Positions 55,825-64,000 of a stretch of 64,000 nt of DNA are shown one piece after another. The notes beneath the pieces are model-generated. The model did no database searches and had not been told where the DNA came from. It saw only the letters and a program-made list of their open reading frames with translations. Made by a program: the position numbers and the translations under genes. The DNA lies in contig CAZPQX010000004.1 of assembly GCA_964589445.1 (NCBI GenBank), positions 17,632-81,631 on the forward strand. The letters are read 5' to 3'. The stretch is from an uncultured Candidatus Saccharibacteria bacterium. Its GTDB lineage: Bacteria; Patescibacteriota; Minisyncoccia; Phycocordibacterales; WO2-35-19. Each line of letters opens with the position of its first letter. Within the stretch, counting starts at the first letter, position 1.

Positions 55825-57789
55825 GTGAATAAAAAAATTATGAATTTCAAAAAATTGGTTGCGGGCTTCGTAGGCGCAGCAATGGTTCTAGGCATGGCAG
55901 TTCCTGCTTCTGCTCAGACTACTGCAGAGCTTACAGCTCAAATAAATAGCTTGCTCGCTATGATCGCTCAGCTTCAAGCTCAGGTTGGTCAGGGCGGAAC
56001 TCCTACTACTGGAGGCGCAAGCGTTATGTTTACTCAGGATCTTACTGTAGGCTCAACAGGAGCACAGGTTACTGCTCTTCAGCAGTGGCTAGCATCTAAG
56101 GGTTACCTTATGATGCCAGCTGGCGTTGCTTACGGTTACTTCGGTAACTTGACTGCATCTGCTTTGGCTAAATACCAGGCAGAAGCTGGTATTTCTCCAG
56201 CTGCTGGTTACTTCGGTCCTATAACAAGGGCTAAAGTAAATGCTATGGCTTCAGTTCCAACAACTCCTACTACTCCTACTACTCCTACAACAGGAACAGG
56301 TATAACAACTCCTGGAGTTGAAGGTACACTTACAGCTACTTCAAACAATGCAGGTTTGGTTTCAACAGCATACGAAGGTGACTCTATGATATCTATCCTT
56401 GGTTTCAATGTAGAAGCTAAGACATCTGATATCTCTCTTCAGAGAATAAAGTTGCAGCTCGGTACTGACACAACTTTGGTATGGAGAAAGGGTTACTCAA
56501 GACTTTACGTAACAGTTGATGGTAATACTCTCGCTTCTATTGATCTAAACAGCTCAACAGTTGTAAAGGAGGGTAGCGACTACTACGTAACAGTTACTGG
56601 ATTCAACTATGTTGTTCCAAAGGGTGCCAAGAAACAAGTTGTTATCAAGGCTGACGTTATGTCATCAATTGATTCAACAGACAGAACAAACCTAAGCAGC
56701 GAACCTGTTAGCTTGGTTATCAATGGTGTAAGAGGTGTAGATGGTGCTGGTATAGACCAATACTCTCCTGCAACTGCAATATCAAGAACAGTTTCATTCA
56801 GCGCAGAGCTTTCTGAAAATGCAACTTTGAAGTTGTCTCTAAACTCTTCTTCTCCTAAGAAGGTAGATGTTGTTGCAGCTTCTGGTGCAGATGAGGATGA
56901 ACTCGACAAACTTACAACACTCGTATTCGATGTTAAGGCTGAAAAGGATGCAGTTACAATTACAGATATGAGAGTTGGAGTTGTTAAGAGCGGTTCTGGT
57001 GCAGCTACAGCTCAGACAGCTTACCTCTTCGAAGGTTCAACAGAACTTGATAACGCTTCAGTTACAGGTGGTATGGCTTCTTTCTCAGACTTTGACTACG
57101 TAGTTCCAAAAGATACTACAAAGACTTTGACTGTTAAGATTGATGTCAGAGACGCAAATGCAACTGTTGCAAACTTTGTGACTCAGGCTTCTACAACTAT
57201 CGCAGCTGACTTGGTTGCAGAAAACTCTCAGGGCGACAGCGTAGTTGAGAGCGGTTCAGCAATCGGTTACTCAATGGGTATAAGAAATGTTGGTCCTGAA
57301 GTTACTCTTGTATCTAAGAGCGTAACAACTCAGGGCGTTGCTCAGACAAATGGTTCACCAGTAAGCACATCTACTCTTACAGCTACATTTAACGTAAAAG
57401 TTAAAGCTGTAGGTGGAGACCTAATGTTCGGTACAGCTGCTTCTGGTACTCCAATGTTTGCAAGCTCAACAACAAGCTTCAAGGTTTACAGAAACGGTGC
57501 GTATGACGGATCTATCAGCGCTGCTGCTACATCTACTTCATACACAACTCCTTCTGGTGTAACTACTTCTGGTTTGACAAACAGCTTTACATTGTCTGAA
57601 GGCAATGAAGTTACTATCCCTGTAACATTCCAGATAATTGGAAGAAACGCAGCGGGTACAGCTCTAACTTCAGCTTTGTACTCTGTCGGATTTGAAGGTC
57701 TACAGTATGTTGCTAACGGCACAGCTGGAACCATCAACTTCATGGCAGGTGAGGCTGATTGGAGGACTTCTGATGTAAGCTTCCCTTAA
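55825..57789 (+). CDS. Candidate major surface (S-layer-like) protein: signal peptide, Q-rich heptad motif, peptidoglycan-binding domain, TTPTTPTTP linker, large beta-rich domain
   Basis: Signal peptide ending AQT; ELTAQINSLLAMIAQLQAQVGQGG; PG_binding_1-like TGAQVTALQQWLASKGYL...FGNLTASALAKYQAEAGI. Strong bias toward gct/ggt/act/gtt codons and elevated GC. Strong terminator downstream. Confidence 0.65.
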   Translation: MNKKIMNFKKLVAGFVGAAMVLGMAVPASAQTTAELTAQINSLLAMIAQLQAQVGQGGTPTTGGASVMFTQDLTVGSTGAQVTALQQWLASKGYLMMPAGVAYGYFGNLTASALAKYQAEAGISPAAGYFGPITRAKVNAMASVPTTPTTPTTPTTGTGITTPGVEGTLTATSNNAGLVSTAYEGDSMISILGFNVEAKTSDISLQRIKLQLGTDTTLVWRKGYSRLYVTVDGNTLASIDLNSSTVVKEGSDYYVTVTGFNYVVPKGAKKQVVIKADVMSSIDSTDRTNLSSEPVSLVINGVRGVDGAGIDQYSPATAISRTVSFSAELSENATLKLSLNSSSPKKVDVVAASGADEDELDKLTTLVFDVKAEKDAVTITDMRVGVVKSGSGAATAQTAYLFEGSTELDNASVTGGMASFSDFDYVVPKDTTKTLTVKIDVRDANATVANFVTQASTTIAADLVAENSQGDSVVESGSAIGYSMGIRNVGPEVTLVSKSVTTQGVAQTNGSPVSTSTLTATFNVKVKAVGGDLMFGTAASGTPMFASSTTSFKVYRNGAYDGSISAAATSTSYTTPSGVTTSGLTNSFTLSEGNEVTIPVTFQIIGRNAAGTALTSALYSVGFEGLQYVANGTAGTINFMAGEADWRTSDVSFP

Positions 57790-57816
57790 TCTAATCTCGA
57801 AAGAGATAAGTATTAA

Positions 57817-57846
57817 CAAAAAACCGCCTCAGGGCGGTTTTTTGTT
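57817..57846 (+). terminator. Strong intrinsic terminator
   Basis: aaaaaaccgcc-tcag-ggcggttttttgtt. Confidence 0.75.
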
Positions 57847-57898
57847 TGCTTGTGTAAAACTTTTTACATAATTTGTAAGGTTTTGATATTATTTATTT

Positions 57899-59245
57899 AT
57901 GATTAAATTTTTCAATAAGAATTTTTTTAAATTTTCCTTAGGTTTTCTCGCTATAATTTTAACAAGCCTCCTATTTATGGTGGCGGTTTCCGCTTATGCT
58001 GCGACTGTCTCTAAAATATCTTTCACCTCCGAAGAGAGGAGTGTGGCAATAAACCAAATATCGGAAGCACTCACTTTTCAAACTCAAGATTCATCAGGCA
58101 CTTCAATTCAAACTCCAGAGACTCTAGACCTGGAGTTTTTTTCTACATCACCAACAGGCGAGTTTGTAAGTTCGACCGGAGCTGCTGCCACCAAGACTAT
58201 GAACAAAAATACCTCAAACAGGACCTTTTATTATAGAGATTCTACAAGTGGGTCTTTTACTTTGAGGGTTAAGGCCACTGGCAGGGATAGTGGTCAGTCT
58301 TTTGAAGCAAGCCAGAAGATATCTGTAGGAGATGGCACCTCATTAACTGAGGGTAATGTTTTGGGAGTTTCTACCAATAGCAATGAACAACAAAACTCAA
58401 CCCTCTCTGCGACGTCTGGTGCCTCCTCTCCCTCTTATTCAACCCAAGATACAAAACTTGAGGTTTCGGCTGGGCAAGACAGGCTTACATCGATCGGAAG
58501 TCCAATAAACTTCCAGGCTCAGATAAAGAAAAATACATCGGCCAATAGCTCGGTAAAATTCAGTTGGTCTTTTGGTGATGGACATGTAGGTGAAGGCCCG
58601 CTTGTTAATCATATTTACAAATATCCAGGCGAATATGCACTTGTCCTAAATGCAATTTCTGGGAATACTTTTGCTTCTAGTAGGCTCAAGGTTTTAGTGA
58701 TAGATCCAGAAATTTCTATTTTTGATAAAGGAGAACATGTTGAAATACTAAATAATTCAAAGTACGAGATTAATTTATTTAAATGGAAAATTGTGAGTGA
58801 CAATAAAGGCTTTATTTTTCAACCAGATACTATAATTTTCCCAAAATCAAAAATAAAATTGGATAAAAACTTTTTTACTATGAGGGGAGAAGATAGCTCA
58901 GGTATTGTTTTAAAAAATTCTATTGGTGACGTGATCGCACACTCTTCTTCTTTAAAGGAGATGGAAAAAATGAAGCAGGAATTAGAGGATGCCAAGGTAG
59001 AGGTTTCAAAAATAATTGATTTGGCTGTTGCTATAGGTGCTGTTAGAGAGCTTCGTCCGCAAGTTTCCCTAAAAGAAACTGTACTCAATAAGATAGAGGG
59101 AGAAAAAATAGCGGTAGATACCGGGAAGACCGACGTACTTGACCAAGACGTTTCTAGTACTAGTTCTGAAATTATATATGAAGCAGAGCAGACGGGGCTT
59201 GTTTATAAGTTGACAAATTTCATAAAAAGGTTATTTTATGAGTAA
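57899..59245 (+). CDS. Secreted/membrane-anchored protein with PKD domain and Lamin-tail-domain (LTD)
   Basis: N-terminal TM/signal; PKD signature KFSWSFGDGHVGEGPLVNHIYKYPGEYALVLNAISGN; LTD-like GEHVEILNNSKYEINLFKWKIVSD...FIFQPDTIIFPKSKIKL. Confidence 0.6.
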   Translation: MIKFFNKNFFKFSLGFLAIILTSLLFMVAVSAYAATVSKISFTSEERSVAINQISEALTFQTQDSSGTSIQTPETLDLEFFSTSPTGEFVSSTGAAATKTMNKNTSNRTFYYRDSTSGSFTLRVKATGRDSGQSFEASQKISVGDGTSLTEGNVLGVSTNSNEQQNSTLSATSGASSPSYSTQDTKLEVSAGQDRLTSIGSPINFQAQIKKNTSANSSVKFSWSFGDGHVGEGPLVNHIYKYPGEYALVLNAISGNTFASSRLKVLVIDPEISIFDKGEHVEILNNSKYEINLFKWKIVSDNKGFIFQPDTIIFPKSKIKLDKNFFTMRGEDSSGIVLKNSIGDVIAHSSSLKEMEKMKQELEDAKVEVSKIIDLAVAIGAVRELRPQVSLKETVLNKIEGEKIAVDTGKTDVLDQDVSSTSSEIIYEAEQTGLVYKLTNFIKRLFYE

Positions 59246-59280
59246 CGGCTTCAAAGACTGTGGGTTGGGGATCTCAAGAT

Positions 59281-59392
59281 TTATCTAGGAGTGCCCATAA
59301 ATCCTGCATAGGAGTTTATCTCAATTGTTGCTGCCGTTTGGTCGAAATTTAACCAGTTTTTAGGTATGTGCTTAGCATATGCCACAAAATTT
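59281..59392 (+). promoter_or_regulatory. rplJ 5' leader (candidate L10(L12)4 autoregulatory leader)
   Basis: ~110-nt untranslated leader upstream of rplJ with hairpin-forming segments (gcatatgc). By analogy to the L10 leaders of other bacteria. Confidence 0.3.
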
Positions 59393-59881
59393 ATGGCTAT
59401 TACAAAAGAAAAGAAACAAAGTATAATCTCGAAACTCGAGGATGTGCTTAAGACTTCAAAGTCTGTGGTTTTTGTAAACTTCAATAAACTTCTAGTTAAG
59501 GACGTTTCTGAAATAAGAAGGTCTCTAAAAAAAGAAGGTGTTGGATATACAGTAGCCAAGAAAACTCTTGTAAAAAGAGTGTTTGGTAATTCTTCCACAA
59601 AGGGTGAGATTCCTTCTCTTGAAGGAGAGCTCGCTATTGCTTACGGAGAAGATCCACTTTCTGCATCAAGAGAAATACTTGGTTTCCAGAAAAAGTTAGA
59701 TGGGAAGGTGAACATTGTTGGGGGTATCTATGATGGTGAATACAAAACTAAGGAGGAAATGTTGGTAATCGCTTCGATTCCTTCTATACAAGTACTTCGT
59801 GGTATGTTTGTAAATATCATCAACTCTCCTATACAGAGATTTGCTATCGCTCTAAACCAGATAGCTGAGAAAAAGGTCTAA
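59393..59881 (+). CDS. rplJ: Ribosomal protein L10
   Basis: [49 protein letters not shown] matches L10. The track ORF starts 9 codons earlier. Confidence 0.85.
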   Translation: MAITKEKKQSIISKLEDVLKTSKSVVFVNFNKLLVKDVSEIRRSLKKEGVGYTVAKKTLVKRVFGNSSTKGEIPSLEGELAIAYGEDPLSASREILGFQKKLDGKVNIVGGIYDGEYKTKEEMLVIASIPSIQVLRGMFVNIINSPIQRFAIALNQIAEKKV

Positions 59882-59907
59882 TAAAATTAATAATTAAATT
59901 TAAAAAT

Positions 59908-60324
59908 ATGTCAGAAGAAACAAATATTCCTGCAGCTACAGAAACAGTAGAAGTACCTGCTAAATTCGCAAAGATAGTTGAAGAAATAGAAAAGATGTCA
60001 GTGCTTGATCTTAATGAACTTGTAAAAGTTTTTGAAAAGAAGTTTGGTGTGTCAGCTACAGCTGTGGCTGCTGCTGGGCCTGCAGCTAGCGGTGCAGCTG
60101 CTGCAGAAGAGAAATCTTCATTCGTAGTGGAGCTCACAGATGGTGGTGCAACCAAGATTGCGGTTATAAAGGTTGTTAAGGAAGCTCTTGCTCTAGGTCT
60201 CAAGGATGCTAAAGACAAGGTAGACGCTGCTCCTTCTGTGCTTTCTGAAAGCATGAAGAAAGAGGAGGCAGAAGCTCTCAAAGCTGCTATCGAGGCAGCA
60301 GGAGGAAAAGTGACATTGAAGTAA
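59908..60324 (+). CDS. rplL: Ribosomal protein L7/L12
   Basis: N-terminal dimerisation helix, Ala-rich hinge, C-terminal [24 protein letters not shown]...[19 protein letters not shown]. Confidence 0.9.
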   Translation: MSEETNIPAATETVEVPAKFAKIVEEIEKMSVLDLNELVKVFEKKFGVSATAVAAAGPAASGAAAAEEKSSFVVELTDGGATKIAVIKVVKEALALGLKDAKDKVDAAPSVLSESMKKEEAEALKAAIEAAGGKVTLK

Positions 60325-60350
60325 ATCTTTTTATTGTAAAAGGAAAAATC

Positions 60351-60383
60351 AAAAAATCCCTTCACGGGATTTTTTGATTTTTT
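60351..60383 (+). terminator. Intrinsic terminator after rplL
   Basis: aaaaaatccc-ttcac-gggattttttgattttttt. Confidence 0.7.
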
Positions 60384-60400
60384 TCATGTTTGGTAATAGA

Positions 60401-61027
60401 ATGCCAAAGATGAATGTATTAGAAAACTTATTTGGCCTGGGGACGAGAGTTAAACTCATAAAACTTTTTCTTATGAATCCAGACTCTGTTTTTGATGCGC
60501 AGGAAGTTTCGGAAAGGCTTTCTATTTCTCCTGTAGTGGCTAAAAAAGAAATACATGACTTACAAAAAACTGGGTTCATAAGAGATAAGTCTCATTTAAA
60601 GGAATTTAAGAAGCAGAAGGATAGGACAATAGTTTTGTCTAAAAAGCGTGTGGATGGCTGGATCTTAGACAAGAGTTTCCCTTATCTCGAACCACTCGAA
60701 TCTTTTATTTCAAACGTAAACCCATTTAAAAATAGGGAAACTGTAGACAGGATACTCCGCACCGGCAAGATACACCTCCTCCTTATTTCTGGAGTTTTTA
60801 TAAAATATGAAGATGCGAGGGTTGACCTCCTTGTTGTAGGTGATGATATAAAAAATCACCAAATCGAAAATGTGATAAAAGAAATAGAGGCTGAAATTGG
60901 TAGAGAAATAAAATACGTTGTTTTTGACACCTCTGAATTCAAATATAGACATTCTCTTTTTGATAAACTCGTGATGGATATCATTGAATTTCCTCATGAA
61001 AAAATAATAAATAAGCTCGGTATTTAG
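60401..61027 (+). CDS. Hypothetical protein with N-terminal winged-helix-like domain
   Basis: MNVLENLFGLGTRVKLIKLFLMNPDSVFDAQEVSERLSISPVVAKKEIHDLQKTGFI resembles ArsR/MarR-like wHTH. C-terminal half unknown. Start uncertain; the track ORF begins at 60374. Confidence 0.45.
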   Translation: MPKMNVLENLFGLGTRVKLIKLFLMNPDSVFDAQEVSERLSISPVVAKKEIHDLQKTGFIRDKSHLKEFKKQKDRTIVLSKKRVDGWILDKSFPYLEPLESFISNVNPFKNRETVDRILRTGKIHLLLISGVFIKYEDARVDLLVVGDDIKNHQIENVIKEIEAEIGREIKYVVFDTSEFKYRHSLFDKLVMDIIEFPHEKIINKLGI

Positions 61028-61138
61028 GCTTTTTGATCGTAAACTCGATAAAGGGGATATCCACAAAGTATGTTGTAAAAACCCTTGTTCGATGTATATT
61101 TTATTGTGTAATTACAAGTTTTTAATATTAGTAAATTT

Positions 61139-61825
61139 ATGACAATAAGTACTTGGAGCGAAGTTTTGACACTTTCTTTCCAGAATCTGTGGTATGGCGT
61201 GGTTGGTTTCGTGCCAAATCTGCTCGCTGCTGCAGTAATAGTTTTTGTTGGTTGGGGTATAGGAGCTATATTTGGTAGGGTAGTGTCTCAGATAATAAAG
61301 TCTATAAAAGTAGACGATATGCTAAGAAGGGCTGGTGTTGAAGACTTTCTAAATAAGGGAGGCCTCGAACTTAATTCGGGTGACTTCTTGGGAGCACTTG
61401 TGAAGTGGTTTGTAATGTTGGTGTTCCTTATCGGCGCTTTTGAGATTTTGAAACTAAATCAAGTAACAGCATTTCTCCGAGATATACTCGACTACTTGCC
61501 ACAGGTTATAGTAGCTGTGATTATACTTATCGCTGCTGGTATGGTAGCTGATGTTATGAAGAGAGTTGTGCAGTCATCAGCTATGACAGCAGGTGTTTCT
61601 TCTTCAGGATTTTTGGCCACTATTACTAAGTGGGTCATATGGGTATTTGCAATACTTGTAGCACTCTCTCAACTTGGTATAGCTTCTGCTTTTATCCAGA
61701 CAATATTTACAGGACTCATAGTTGCATTGTCTCTTGGCCTAGGTCTTGCTTTTGGTCTCGGTGGTCAAGAAGCTGCCTCTAAATTGATTGAAAAGGTGGG
61801 CAAAGAAATTTCTGATAAAAGATAA
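61139..61825 (+). CDS. Membrane protein with repeated conserved-TM-helix motifs (mechanosensitive-channel-associated type)
   Basis: Several TM helices each preceded by similar amphipathic segments (LLAAAVIVFVGWGIGAIFGRVVSQII; VIVAVIILIAAGMVADVMKRVV; VIWVFAILVALSQLGIASAFIQ). Confidence 0.55.
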   Translation: MTISTWSEVLTLSFQNLWYGVVGFVPNLLAAAVIVFVGWGIGAIFGRVVSQIIKSIKVDDMLRRAGVEDFLNKGGLELNSGDFLGALVKWFVMLVFLIGAFEILKLNQVTAFLRDILDYLPQVIVAVIILIAAGMVADVMKRVVQSSAMTAGVSSSGFLATITKWVIWVFAILVALSQLGIASAFIQTIFTGLIVALSLGLGLAFGLGGQEAASKLIEKVGKEISDKR

Positions 61826-61857
61826 ATTAGTCACTCGTTTCTAAAATTAGAATACCT

Positions 61858-61888
61858 AAAAAACCGCTTTAAATTAAGCGGTTTTTTG
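61858..61888 (+). terminator. Intrinsic terminator
   Basis: aaaaaccgctt-taaatt-aagcggttttttgg. Confidence 0.75.
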
Positions 61889-62051
61889 GAGTTTGAGTCC
61901 ATATTCCACTATCCCCAGGATCTCCACATAGAAATTTCATAGTAAGTTTGACAGTTTAAATTCGGCGTGTATACTTATGGCACATGTTTATAAGGTTTAA
62001 CTTTAAGAAGCGTTAAAGAGGGTAAAGACCCTTTATGCCTTTGCGGGCAAC

Positions 62052-62074
62052 GCTTCCGAAAGGAAGCTTTTTTG
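62052..62074 (+). terminator. Terminator-like GNRA hairpin with T-run in the 23S upstream region (candidate end of a small RNA or leader attenuator)
   Basis: gcttcc-gaaa-ggaagc followed by ttttttg. Lies ~170 nt after the previous terminator and ~360 nt before the 23S 5' end. Confidence 0.4.
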
Positions 62075-62431
62075 TTTCGTTTCTGGATCGCCGAGAGACC
62101 TGCAATAAATGCTAGTTTCCCGGCGGTAGAGAAGATTTCAAGTTCGGAATGAGAGAATTTTGACAAATAAAAGCCACTGCAACATCGCTTTTCGATAGAC
62201 TTTGTTCTCTAAGGGTTAGCCCTAAGTGAGCGGAGCGAGTCGGAGGGGTCTTTGTTTGTTGTAAGTGGACAAAATCCCGTGACCTTTAATTTATTAAAGA
62301 TTTTACGGGAGTAAGGTAAGGTCCTATGCTGTTCAACACAGCGATAGGACAAATTGCCTTTTAAGTTTGGTCTTAAAAGGCAGGATAGAATGATGAATTT
62401 TCCTTTGCCGCCAATAGGGTAGGCTTGGAAA

Positions 62432-64000
<1,569 letters not shown>

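Noticed and set aside
59844-60365. 173-aa Ala-rich ORF antisense to rplL
   Set aside because: Mirror image of the Ala/Glu-rich L7/L12 coding sequence; rplL identity is unambiguous.
62052-62074. SRP RNA (4.5S) based on the CCGAAAGGAAGC resemblance to the domain IV CCGGAAGGAAGCAGCC motif
   Set aside because: The segment forms a simple self-contained hairpin followed by a T-run, without the asymmetric/symmetric internal loops and the AGCA strand required for the SRP helix 8. More likely a terminator or leader hairpin.

Overview
This 64-kb window comes from a low-GC (about 33-36%) bacterial chromosome and includes the chromosomal origin region (rpmH-rnpA-yidC diverging from dnaA-dnaN). The gene content fits a reduced-genome, Candidate Phyla Radiation/Patescibacteria-like organism (inference). 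That content is a compact DNA replication/repair and translation core, type IV pilus genes, many giant Cys/Thr/Asn-rich secreted proteins with LTD/PKD/FN3/discoidin/peptidoglycan-binding domains, and a 23S rRNA with no upstream 16S. I call about 60 CDS, three tRNAs (Lys-TTT, Arg-TCT, Val-TAC), a partial 23S rRNA and several intrinsic terminators. The items most worth a second look are: (1) a ~100-bp palindromic repeat with terminal inverted repeats inserted in-frame into two unrelated housekeeping genes on opposite strands (a SpoU/TrmH methyltransferase and Fpg/MutM), which resembles Rickettsia palindromic elements; (2) a sharply bounded ~1.6-kb GC-rich (~58-60%) island carrying a subtilase-like gene between AT-rich genes for giant secreted proteins; (3) an isoleucyl-tRNA synthetase with a complete histidine-phosphatase (PGAM-like) domain inserted into its catalytic core; (4) a shared Q-rich heptad motif in three large secreted proteins; (5) a tRNA-Arg locus with a duplicated tRNA 3' end plus a perfect 19-bp hairpin; (6) a structured ~175-bp intergenic element with 15-bp perfect terminal inverted repeats upstream of ruvB; and (7) a long AT-rich hairpin insertion in 23S rRNA domain I. 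All calls rest on reading the sequence and ORF translations by eye. No database searches were run.
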